Shown here: piece by piece, positions 48,642 through 57,115 of the stretch
How the letters are laid out: each line of letters begins with the position of its first letter
Numbering within the stretch: the first letter of the stretch is position 1
From: a virus
Reading direction: 5' to 3' (one strand)
IMG/VR virus record: IMGVR_UViG_3300027969_000043
Location: 96,001-160,000 of that record
DNA: 64,000 nucleotides
Program-made: the position numbers and the translations under genes
Notes under the pieces: model-generated
Told to the model about the DNA's origin: nothing
The model's input: the letters and a program-made list of their open reading frames with translations, nothing else
The model's database searches: none

Positions 48642-50084
48642 ATGAATAGAGAAGAACTTATTGCAAAAGCTAGAGATATCGTTAATCAAGACGTTGTTAA
48701 AGGATTTACAGCAGATTTTTTAAAAATGGCAGCTAATGATACCGTTAACCCAAATAGATTTGAAACATATTTAAAAAATATCTCAGAACAAGCTTGGGAC
48801 CCAGGCACTGAAGAAAATACTATCTTTACATATAGTCAAGAATTGGTTGATATTGTAAAAGAATTATTCCCCAAAAATCTAGATTATCCATATCTTCAAG
48901 AAAGCGGCGTAAATACAGTTACAACAACACATATAAAAAGTAAAAAAAAAATCGAAAAAGGTCCTAATGAGATGAAAACATTTATTAAAAGTTCATTACG
49001 CGAATCTATCGTACCCCAAGAACCATTAACACCAAAAGAAGCGGCTATAAAAGTATTAAAAATGACCAAGGCAAGAGAGTTTCCAACGAAACCGCTACAT
49101 AAGCTAATGGTAAATATGATAGAGCATATTGAAGGTTTAGAGGATGTTAAACTTATTGAAGAATACCTATTAGAAAAACTTAGAGATAAAAAAATATCAC
49201 ACGCTGTAAGAGTTTATGTTATTAATAAGGCTAGAATGGCACTTATTGATGCCAATACACCGCCACCCTCAATAAACGAAGGTAGAGAACACACCGATGA
49301 CGAAATTGTAGATTTTAATGAGATTGACCTTCAACAAGAATACAATAAATTAAATCAGCTGCTATTTAATGGTAATCTTCAGCCAGTAACAATGTTATGG
49401 AATAAAAGAAAAGGAGCACACGGCGTTGTTAAAGGTACTAGAAGCAGAGCTACAGGTAAAATAACCCTTAAATCCCTTAGCATGTCCCAATTCCTTAAAG
49501 TACCATATAGATTCTTTAAAGATGTCTTAGCACATGAAATGATTCACGTATTCTGGATGCAACAAGATGTCAATGCTAAACATGGTCCTTTGTTTGTCCA
49601 ACAAATGAACAGAATTAACTCAATGGGGTTAGGATTTAACGTTAGTGTAAGGTCTGATTCATCAGAAACATCTAAGTTTGAAATGTCTTCAGACGTTGTA
49701 AAGGAAGGTATGGAACTTGTTTTTCTATTAATGAAGACAGATAAAGATGATAATATGTTTTCGGTTATGAAATATGATGCATATAAATCACAAGGATATA
49801 GAATTATTGATATCTACAATTACTTAGTTAACAAAAAACCTAAGTATAGATTTGCCGATGGTGAATTCTTTTTATCAACAAATCCAAGACTACAAGCTTC
49901 AAAAATACAAAGAAGCTTTGGTAGCGTAAGTTATTCAAGGATAGATAATGCTGTGGCTAATGAACTTAAGCAAAACGCTAAATTTTTGTGTAAATTTGAA
50001 ATTAATAATTCAAATGACGAACCACAGTTGTCTGGCCCTGACCAACCAAATCCAGCACCACCAAAAAGCTTATTAGGATTTTAA
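48642..50084 (+). CDS. modular protein with a SprT-like metalloprotease domain
   Basis: YNKLNQLLFNG..LAHEMIH..KHGPLF; internal leader MKTFIKSSLRE. Confidence 0.7.
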   Translation: MNREELIAKARDIVNQDVVKGFTADFLKMAANDTVNPNRFETYLKNISEQAWDPGTEENTIFTYSQELVDIVKELFPKNLDYPYLQESGVNTVTTTHIKSKKKIEKGPNEMKTFIKSSLRESIVPQEPLTPKEAAIKVLKMTKAREFPTKPLHKLMVNMIEHIEGLEDVKLIEEYLLEKLRDKKISHAVRVYVINKARMALIDANTPPPSINEGREHTDDEIVDFNEIDLQQEYNKLNQLLFNGNLQPVTMLWNKRKGAHGVVKGTRSRATGKITLKSLSMSQFLKVPYRFFKDVLAHEMIHVFWMQQDVNAKHGPLFVQQMNRINSMGLGFNVSVRSDSSETSKFEMSSDVVKEGMELVFLLMKTDKDDNMFSVMKYDAYKSQGYRIIDIYNYLVNKKPKYRFADGEFFLSTNPRLQASKIQRSFGSVSYSRIDNAVANELKQNAKFLCKFEINNSNDEPQLSGPDQPNPAPPKSLLGF

Positions 50085-50094
50085 ATATAAAAAT

Positions 50095-50117
50095 AAACCC
50101 CGATTAAATCGGGGTTT
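50095..50117. terminator. bidirectional terminator
   Basis: AAACCCCGAT-TAA-ATCGGGGTTT between convergent genes. Confidence 0.8.
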
Positions 50118-50153
50118 TATATTACCAAAATCTATACCAGTACATGTCAACAA

Positions 50154-51239
50154 TTATTTAATGTAAAATTCACCATTTTTCATTAACCACTTATGAAAAT
50201 CAACATCTCCGTTCTCTAATGGGGAGATAATATATTCAGTAAATATTTCACTTTCATAGTTACCTATTATACCCTGATGAATTTTATTAATAATATCGTT
50301 ATCTTCATTTTCAACATCATTCATAGCATCTAAAAACAATTTGTTAATTTCAGATTCTTCAAATAAATCTTTATCACACAACCAAAAATTATGTATCATA
50401 TATCTATCTAAACTAATTGGCTCAACATAAACAATGTTAATTTGCTGTGCCCATAAATCAATAAAAACATTAGGAAATATGTTTAACCATGTAACAGCAT
50501 AATCATTAACACCATCATTTTTAATACTAAAACCTAAAGATTTTAATTTTTTAAAATATTCAGTAAACCTGTTGTTTTTTTTATTTTCCCAGTTAGAGCT
50601 AAATTTTAGTCTATGTGCTGAGTAATCTACCCCAAACTCCCATTCTATTGATGTTTCATCAATAACTTCATTCATTTCTGGATGAAAAAACTTAATATGA
50701 TTTGAATCGTTAAATACAATACCATATTCTTTCCAATTACCTCTTTGCTCATAACTGTTTTTTTCTAAAATTTCATATTTTGAAAAATCAAAGTCTTTTA
50801 AAAATTTTGATTTTTTTAATTCATCCGCTAAACTTTCACTACTAAATAAAAACATTTCGTATTCAAAAATTTCTTTTTTACTTTTTATAGATAAATTTTT
50901 TGATTTACAATCAAAATTACTACAAGGGGCTACTAACAATTTACCATCCAAATCATATGTCCAAAAATGTACAGGACAAATTAATTTATCTTTTTTAACA
51001 TCTTTTTCGCTTGAAATTAACTTGGCATTTTTATGAAGACAAGAATTATTTAATAAATTATATTTATCTGTTTTTGTTATAATATATCTTTCTGACAAAA
51101 AATCAACAACGTAAAAGTTCCTATCATTAACTAATTGCTTTAAACCTATAAAATTAGAAGGTGAAAAAAAATTTACAATTTCATTATAAAAAATATCATA
51201 ATTTGTAAAATTTTTTTTATTCCAGTTAATCTCAAACAT
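50154..51239 (-). CDS. Rieske non-heme iron oxygenase alpha-subunit-like protein
   Basis: CLH-x18-CPVHFWTYDLDGKL; NWK..DSNHIKFFH (D-x2-H-x4-H); NEDNDII..HQG. Confidence 0.8.
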   Translation of the reverse strand: MFEINWNKKNFTNYDIFYNEIVNFFSPSNFIGLKQLVNDRNFYVVDFLSERYIITKTDKYNLLNNSCLHKNAKLISSEKDVKKDKLICPVHFWTYDLDGKLLVAPCSNFDCKSKNLSIKSKKEIFEYEMFLFSSESLADELKKSKFLKDFDFSKYEILEKNSYEQRGNWKEYGIVFNDSNHIKFFHPEMNEVIDETSIEWEFGVDYSAHRLKFSSNWENKKNNRFTEYFKKLKSLGFSIKNDGVNDYAVTWLNIFPNVFIDLWAQQINIVYVEPISLDRYMIHNFWLCDKDLFEESEINKLFLDAMNDVENEDNDIINKIHQGIIGNYESEIFTEYIISPLENGDVDFHKWLMKNGEFYIK

Positions 51240-51259
51240 TTCTATTTTTTATATAAATA

Positions 51260-51736
51260 TCACACCTCCCCAATAAATTCATGGCTAAAACAAATTCTCC
51301 TATTGTCAAAGTAATGTTCTTTATACATGTTTTTTATGGAAACATCTTTTCTAAGTTTTTTATTTTTACTTGTTGCAACCCACAATGGCGAATTTTCTCG
51401 ATAATACCCCATCTTAGGGTGCGCGGTTCTTGAAAAGAATCTAAGACCTTGTTCCACGTGGATTTCACCTATTCCATTAGAAAATCTAACACCCATACCC
51501 ATACCTTGATAATCTGGGAGAATAACCGTCCTATGACTACGCCATGCATCCTTTAGTGTACCACTCGGCATTGCAATACTAGCACAAAACGCAACAATCT
51601 CATCTTCCCATACACCTAAATAACACCTAGCTGCTTTATTTATGTTACCATCTAAATAATGATAGTCTTTAAACATGGGCCAGATATTATGGCTTGTTCG
51701 ATATATCTCGAGATTGATTTTTGGGCGGGCAAAAAA
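51260..51736 (-). CDS. GNAT acetyltransferase domain, likely expressed by -1 frameshift from the upstream ABC ATPase
   Basis: HRTVILPDYQGMGMG; frame open from the slippery site (FARPKINLEIYRTSHNIWPMFKDYHYL); track start is 51676. Confidence 0.75.
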   Translation of the reverse strand, partial: FFARPKINLEIYRTSHNIWPMFKDYHYLDGNINKAARCYLGVWEDEIVAFCASIAMPSGTLKDAWRSHRTVILPDYQGMGMGVRFSNGIGEIHVEQGLRFFSRTAHPKMGYYRENSPLWVATSKNKKLRKDVSIKNMYKEHYFDNRRICFSHEFIGEV

Positions 51737-52329
51737 AAACCCTGATGGAATTCACCAGTATCAGTATCTATAACCCAATCAGGTTCTAACCAATCTAGTA
51801 TATCGCGGTGACATGTAGCTAAAACAATATTGTTTATATCATTATTTTTAACATATTTACTCAAAGACACGCTAGCAGCTTTTGCTACATTCCTATCTAC
51901 AACGCTTGTAAACTCATCAATGACAGCATTTGACTTTAATTTTCTAGCTAAATCAGCTCTAAACTTTTCACCGTTTGATAATACATGATATGGTTTATAC
52001 CAAGAAGGTATTGTATTTAACCCAACGGCACCTAACTTGTTTATTGATTCATCTGGAGATTCAAAATGTGATACGATTGATTTTGTACCATCCCATTCTG
52101 GTGAATCTTCAACACCAAAGTTTTTTAGTAATGTTGACTTACCAGAACCGCTGGAACCAACAATTACACCAATCTTAAATTGTTTTGGAATGTTACTTGG
52201 AAGAATCCAAGGATAAAATTTAGATGTACCGTCAAATATACAATCAAATGCTCTTTCACTGGCTTTGATAAAATCATCTCTATCTACTGTAGAGATTAAA
52301 GGGGTTGAAGTTTTAATTAATTTTTCCAT
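51652..52329 (-). CDS. soluble ABC-family ATPase
   Basis: GSSGSGKST, LSNGEK, AVIDEFTSVVDR, ATCH; no membrane partner gene nearby. Confidence 0.85.
   Translation of the reverse strand: MEKLIKTSTPLISTVDRDDFIKASERAFDCIFDGTSKFYPWILPSNIPKQFKIGVIVGSSGSGKSTLLKNFGVEDSPEWDGTKSIVSHFESPDESINKLGAVGLNTIPSWYKPYHVLSNGEKFRADLARKLKSNAVIDEFTSVVDRNVAKAASVSLSKYVKNNDINNIVLATCHRDILDWLEPDWVIDTDTGEFHQGFFLPAQKSISRYIEQAIISGPCLKTIII
51731..51742 (-). other. candidate -1 frameshift site G_GGU_UUU / U_UUU_UUU
   Basis: Minus strand CAG GGT TTT TTT TTG; the -1 frame is closed by TGA just upstream and open downstream. Confidence 0.65.
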
Positions 52330-52382
52330 CTATGATAAATATAGATATCTACCATACGATGTAAAGTATATAAAATACAATA

Positions 52383-52408
52383 GCTATTGGGTCTCTCAAC
52401 CCAATAGC
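52383..52408 (-). terminator. hairpin, probable terminator
   Basis: GCTATTGGGT-CTCTCA-ACCCAATAGC. Confidence 0.6.
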
Positions 52409-52436
52409 CTTTAATATTTTTAAAACTTAATTTAGA

Positions 52437-52643
52437 TTACTTACCTTCAGTAAGTTTGTTGATTTTAGCTTCCAAAGCAGCTAATTTTGTTTCTAAAATA
52501 GAGTTTTTGTTACCTTTAGATGCTTGTTCTGCTAACCATTCTGTTTTCTTGATTTGAACCGCTTCACTAACGATATTGTCGATTAAGTTAACTAAATCGC
52601 TTTCAGAAATTTTAACTGTTTTTGTTGTTTTAGACATATGCAT
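52437..52643 (-). CDS. small hypothetical protein made mostly of leader-like LxE segments
   Basis: VKISESDLVNLIDNIVSE..LAE..ILE..LTE; ATATTTAT at 52676-52683. Confidence 0.6.
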   Translation of the reverse strand: MHMSKTTKTVKISESDLVNLIDNIVSEAVQIKKTEWLAEQASKGNKNSILETKLAALEAKINKLTEGK

Positions 52644-52711
52644 AAGTTTTTTAAAAAGATAGATTATCTTAATATATAAATATATTAAATTTTATAAAAA
52701 GATAAAAAAAA

Positions 52712-53221
52712 TTACTTGGCATATTTATCGCCGCAATAACTTGCAGCCCACGCACTCGGCTTTACCTTAAACTCATAACCCATACCCAATATATAACCAA
52801 TGGCTTGACTTAACGATTTGCTAGATTCCCATTTTGGGTCTGGGTTTATATCAGCATGAATCTCCATGCTTATACCATACAATTCAAGCAATGGCGCAAT
52901 CTCATAAGCAACCTCAATTGATTTGCCAACTTCTGTTAACATCCTTTCATTCACGCCCTCTTTATCTTTACCAAAAACATTGATATTATATGTTGCAGAT
53001 ATAATCTTCCCACCCCTACCAACTGTTACACCACCACCAATATCTTCTCTAACGGTAATCAAGATAACTGTTGCAAACTTATAACCCCTACTATTTTTTT
53101 GTGAGTCGGTACCAACAGAAACCCTTAACTCATGTTTCAATTCTAATTCTTCCTTGATTAAAGATTCTAAATACTCTAACAATGGAACATTAATTTTTTT
53201 ACCAGCTCTTTCCCATTTCAT
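52712..53221 (-). CDS. RNase H-like YkuK/DUF458-family protein
   Basis: SVGTDSQ, RGG, RMLTEV..S, EIHADIN, VKP.AWAASY.GD. Confidence 0.8.
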   Translation of the reverse strand: MKWERAGKKINVPLLEYLESLIKEELELKHELRVSVGTDSQKNSRGYKFATVILITVREDIGGGVTVGRGGKIISATYNINVFGKDKEGVNERMLTEVGKSIEVAYEIAPLLELYGISMEIHADINPDPKWESSKSLSQAIGYILGMGYEFKVKPSAWAASYCGDKYAK

Positions 53222-53352
53222 AACTTTTAATTTTTTAAAATATTTATGTATAACATTTAGTTTTTATATGACGATAAAACAAATACAGTCTGTTAATAAT
53301 ACAATAATATGTATTATTATAAACCCTATTATCGCTATAATAGATACTAAAC

Positions 53353-53378
53353 AAAAGTCCCCATTTCTGGGGACTTTT
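53353..53378 (-). terminator. intrinsic terminator
   Basis: AAAAGTCCCCA-TTTC-TGGGGACTTTT. Confidence 0.8.
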
Positions 53379-54788
53379 TTATAATTTAACTGAAGGCAAC
53401 AACTTTTTGAGCCTTTCATAATTATTTTCCCCTATTTGTTCTTTTTTAACTGCTAAACGAAATAACGAACCACCATTTGATTTATCTAATTTAGAAATCT
53501 CATCAGGAATCTCCGTTATCGGATTACCAATTAGATTTAAAAACGTTAGATTTTTTAAATTACCTATTTCTCTTGGTAATGCTTTAATTTTATTTTCCGA
53601 CAATACCAACATCTCTAGGTTTTCAAGCGCCCCAATTGACGGATGCAATTCAACCATACCCGCGTTTGTTATTATCAACTGGTCAACATCTTTAAACTTA
53701 CTAATATCTGGCATTCTAGGAATTTCCCTAGTCATAAATCTAATAACAGGTGTTTTTTCATCCAACAACTCAAATAAACTCTCACAAAAGCCAAATTTAA
53801 TTAAGAAATCTAAGTATTTGTTATTATCTAATCCTGTTGAAACCATTTTAGCCATTTCCATCAACTCATCATGAAAAAAACTTGAAAGGTTTTCACTTTG
53901 GTTAATTACATTTTCAAAAATACTAACATTTTGTGAATTATGCCTGTCCTTTATCTGACCAGTTTCAAAATGAATTTGATAGATTTCATTTGATTCATTT
54001 TCAAAAAACTTATTGTTTATGATAATGTAAATCTTAGATTTATCACCATTTGGTTTTCTATTGTTTTCGGTATAACTCTTAAACATACCATTCTCTGGTT
54101 TAGCCGTACACCAGTTAGCAAACTTATCAAACACAACATTAGCATCCCTTACTTTTGGTATAAACAACGTAAACTTTCTATCTCTGACTGGTATCTCTGC
54201 TTGACCTAAATTAACAAACCTTTCCATCATGCTCTCAACTTCACTTGGTTTACGTTCAATAAACGGGTCAACAGCATCAAATAATTGCGCTAATGAAACA
54301 TACTGATTAATATCCGTTGGGTCTTTAATATGTTTTAATATATGAGAAGAGCTGCAAAAATCTTTAAACTTTTTCTTCCTTTTGTTCGATTCAAATAGCG
54401 TAATATATGAACTAGCCTGCGGTAAATCTTCAACAACAAATCTAATAGCTACATGGGTGTTACTACCACCAGATTTAATCAATCTAGTAAAAACATTTAA
54501 CATCCATTGAACACATGATTTGTTTGGTGTCGGGTCTGCTTCAATTATTTTGGTGAAAATATCAAAAGATATGCTGACATTTTTCTGTATACGACCTTCA
54601 TTTTTTTTATATGAAACTAAACATAGCAACACATCTGATGAAGTTATATTACTAACTTCAAACTCATCATCATTTAACTTTTTTATCTTACGCTCCACAG
54701 CTTTGGCGTCTTCTGTCTCGAAAACATCAAATTTTTCAGCTAAAAATGTTAACCTATCTTTTACTATATTTTTTTTGTCGTCAAACAT
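53379..54788 (-). CDS. leucine-rich-repeat protein with an N-terminal phage domain (ADPT, DINQY, WCTA)
   Basis: LRRs LHPSIGALENLEMLVLSENKIKALPREIGNLKNLTFLNLIGNPITEIP; ATG at 54788; TATATTTG at 54812-54805. Confidence 0.75.
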   Translation of the reverse strand: MFDDKKNIVKDRLTFLAEKFDVFETEDAKAVERKIKKLNDDEFEVSNITSSDVLLCLVSYKKNEGRIQKNVSISFDIFTKIIEADPTPNKSCVQWMLNVFTRLIKSGGSNTHVAIRFVVEDLPQASSYITLFESNKRKKKFKDFCSSSHILKHIKDPTDINQYVSLAQLFDAVDPFIERKPSEVESMMERFVNLGQAEIPVRDRKFTLFIPKVRDANVVFDKFANWCTAKPENGMFKSYTENNRKPNGDKSKIYIIINNKFFENESNEIYQIHFETGQIKDRHNSQNVSIFENVINQSENLSSFFHDELMEMAKMVSTGLDNNKYLDFLIKFGFCESLFELLDEKTPVIRFMTREIPRMPDISKFKDVDQLIITNAGMVELHPSIGALENLEMLVLSENKIKALPREIGNLKNLTFLNLIGNPITEIPDEISKLDKSNGGSLFRLAVKKEQIGENNYERLKKLLPSVKL

Positions 54789-54836
54789 ATAACCGTATTT
54801 ATTACAAATATACAAAAACTAAATTGATTATACAAA

Positions 54837-55181
54837 CTATTCAAAAAATCTTTTGTAAAAATCATCCTCAGCGTATTCTTCAAGTCTTCGTTTAAGATTC
54901 CAAACTAAATAACTTAAATCAGATTCTTTATATCTAGAAATAACATCTAATATGACATGATTTGGGTCCTCGCCATCGGTTATCCTGTATTTTATTTCTT
55001 GGAAATATTTACCCCCGTCGGTATCACATAACTCACTTATTATTAAATTGTAAGTTTCCCATCTAATCTCCTTATCTTCATCATTTGTTAAAATGACATT
55101 ATTGATTATTTTTCTGTATTCATTATCTAATGTCGTATGTTTACCCGTCCCAGCTTTTACGATAAAATTAAAAATCTCCAT
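54837..55181 (-). CDS. hypothetical protein (paralog of 55287..55610)
   Basis: W.TYN.II.EL...EIKYRITD..DPN.V. Confidence 0.65.
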   Translation of the reverse strand: MEIFNFIVKAGTGKHTTLDNEYRKIINNVILTNDEDKEIRWETYNLIISELCDTDGGKYFQEIKYRITDGEDPNHVILDVISRYKESDLSYLVWNLKRRLEEYAEDDFYKRFFE

Positions 55182-55286
55182 AGGTCTAGTTTTTAATAAA
55201 CGTTATATACATAAATATCTTTTAAATCTTCATAGGACTAACCCAAATAAAGCTAAAAGGTTAAATTTAAATTTTTTCAAAATTTT

Positions 55287-55610
55287 TTAAATGAAATTAA
55301 TTATTTTGTAATATAGTCTCTCTAATTCGGGTGAACGATGTTTAACATCTTCCATCACCTCTATACAGACCTCATTCGGGTCAAGATTGTCGGTTAGTTT
55401 ATATTGTAGTTCTTTGACTTTTAGATTATCTTTAATTGAATGCTTGAGCTCTAAAATGACTTGATTGTAGGTGAGCCAAGCTTTCTTATTTTTCATGTTA
55501 CCACCAATTAAAATATCGGTCACCTTATCTTCGTATATGTGCTCTAAATGAGTTTTAAAATCACCATATTCCGTTCTCAAAGTTTCTTTTATCTTATTCT
55601 TGATGTTCAT
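55287..55610 (-). CDS. hypothetical protein (paralog of 54837..55181)
   Basis: W.TYN.VI.EL...ELQYKLTD..DPN.V. Confidence 0.65.
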   Translation of the reverse strand: MNIKNKIKETLRTEYGDFKTHLEHIYEDKVTDILIGGNMKNKKAWLTYNQVILELKHSIKDNLKVKELQYKLTDNLDPNEVCIEVMEDVKHRSPELERLYYKIINFI

Positions 55611-55616
55611 ACCATC

Positions 55617-55955
55617 TTAATTTATAGGCACATTTTTGGTTAGCTGGTTGTTTTTAATATTACCAAACATCCAATCTTGAATTACTTGTTGGGTAAATGA
55701 ATCACCCAATTTATATTTCTTTTTAAAATATTCAAATAACTCTTTAGGTGTTATCCCCTCGCCATCAACTTTAATTTTAATCATTGGTTCTTCCTTATAT
55801 TCACCGTTCTCCCTCACCACACCAAGCATAGGCTCATAATTCATATCTAAATCAGAAACCAATTCCGCAACCAATTTTTGGTGGGTATTGCTCTCATTGA
55901 TATGATTTAGTATTTTTTTATACTGATTTTCCGTTATAATTAATTTAACACTCAT
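55617..55955 (-). CDS. hypothetical protein with an ITENQY leader
   Basis: MSVKLIITENQYKKILNHINES; ATATTTAT at 55961-55968. Confidence 0.65.
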   Translation of the reverse strand: MSVKLIITENQYKKILNHINESNTHQKLVAELVSDLDMNYEPMLGVVRENGEYKEEPMIKIKVDGEGITPKELFEYFKKKYKLGDSFTQQVIQDWMFGNIKNNQLTKNVPIN

Positions 55956-55981
55956 ATACCATAAATATCTTTATAAATAAA

Positions 55982-56004
55982 AAAGAGCTGTCAAGCAGCT
56001 CTTT
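55982..56004 (-). terminator. terminator after thioredoxin
   Basis: AAAGAGCTG-TCAAG-CAGCTCTTT. Confidence 0.75.
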
Positions 56005-56007
56005 AAT

Positions 56008-56322
56008 TTAATTTTTAAATTCGTCTATAACGCTTTGTAGAGCTGATTTAGGTACCGCACCCTTTTGTCTGTAAACCTCAGCACCATCTTTTAAAAAGAT
56101 AATTGTTGGGATGCTGGTAACACCGTATTTTGCCGATGCTTCTGGGTTGCTAGTAACATCTACCTTGCCAATAACAACGTCAGTGTTTTCATTAGCTAAT
56201 TCGTTAATGATAGGTCCTATCATTCTGCATGGGCCGCACCAAGCCGCCCAAAAATCCATAACAACAAGTTTTTCACTTGTTAAAACCTCACCAATGTTCT
56301 GGTCTGTAATCTCTAATGCCAT
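56008..56322 (-). CDS. trxA: thioredoxin
   Basis: DFWAAWCGPC, KVDV, SIPT; 104 aa. Confidence 0.95.
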   Translation of the reverse strand: MALEITDQNIGEVLTSEKLVVMDFWAAWCGPCRMIGPIINELANENTDVVIGKVDVTSNPEASAKYGVTSIPTIIFLKDGAEVYRQKGAVPKSALQSVIDEFKN

Positions 56323-56370
56323 AATTTAATTTTTGTTTAATATAATTTTATTGTTCTGAAAATAAATACC

Positions 56371-56679
56371 TCAATTTAATGAGTTTTTAAAATATTCGTT
56401 GATTAACCTTATAGGTCTTTCAAATTCTCTAAATTTTTCCTCTATAAAGTATTCCTTGATATAATCACCACTCTCGTTGTATTCCAACCCGTATATTTTT
56501 CTGATATAATCAAATATATCCATAATTCTATGACTATCCGCATAATCCATTTCTTCCAATAAAATAGAATTCTTTATACCGTTACAAAAAGCGGTATACG
56601 TCATATAGTTTGTTTTTTCAAACAATTCATATGATTTCTCACATATACTATAATAAATATAATTTTTTAAATTGTCCAT
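56371..56679 (-). CDS. hypothetical protein
   Basis: 102 aa; divergent from 56707 around a palindromic motif. Confidence 0.55.
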   Translation of the reverse strand: MDNLKNYIYYSICEKSYELFEKTNYMTYTAFCNGIKNSILLEEMDYADSHRIMDIFDYIRKIYGLEYNESGDYIKEYFIEEKFREFERPIRLINEYFKNSLN

Positions 56680-56688
56680 TTTATATTA

Positions 56689-56702
56689 GATAAATATTTA
56701 TC
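56689..56702. promoter_or_regulatory. palindromic bidirectional late-type motif GATAAATATTTATC
   Basis: Two overlapping ATATTTAT copies, one per strand, between divergent genes. Confidence 0.65.
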
Positions 56703-56706
56703 ATAT

Positions 56707-56955
56707 ATGATAGAATTGCAAGAACAAGAATTAATGCTAAAATTTCTTAAAAAGAATTTTCCTGTTTATAGGTTAAAAAATGGTCTAAGATTTAAAAGGA
56801 CAATAATACTTGAAACTGGAGAATCGTACTTATTAAGCAACAAGGATTCGGTTAATGACCTGTATTTTAAATTATACGATGTACTTAGAACCGTATTTAA
56901 TACCGATAAAAATACGAATAAATTTGTTTTAGATAAATTTTTAAACGTAAAATAA
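56707..56955 (+). CDS. hypothetical protein
   Basis: 82 aa after the palindromic motif. Confidence 0.55.
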   Translation: MIELQEQELMLKFLKKNFPVYRLKNGLRFKRTIILETGESYLLSNKDSVNDLYFKLYDVLRTVFNTDKNTNKFVLDKFLNVK

Positions 56956-57061
56956 TATTAGTTCTAATAAAACTAACTAGTGGTATTATACCTAAAAAGT
57001 ACAATATATTTGGGTGTCCATCTCCGCACAGCCCAAATGAATGCTTTAAAATTTCTATCAT
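56897..57061 (-). CDS. small membrane-associated hypothetical protein
   Basis: H..GLCGDGHP then a hydrophobic stretch; TATCTTTG at 57084-57077; 3' overlap with a convergent gene. Confidence 0.4.
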   Translation of the reverse strand: MIEILKHSFGLCGDGHPNILYFLGIIPLVSFIRTNIILRLKIYLKQIYSYFYRY

Positions 57062-57115
57062 TTTATTTTTTTGCAACAAAGATACAAATTTTTGACACAA
57101 AAAACAAATTTTTTC

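Noticed and set aside
51652-52329. ABC transporter
   Set aside because: No transmembrane permease or substrate-binding gene nearby; the ATPase is linked to a GNAT instead
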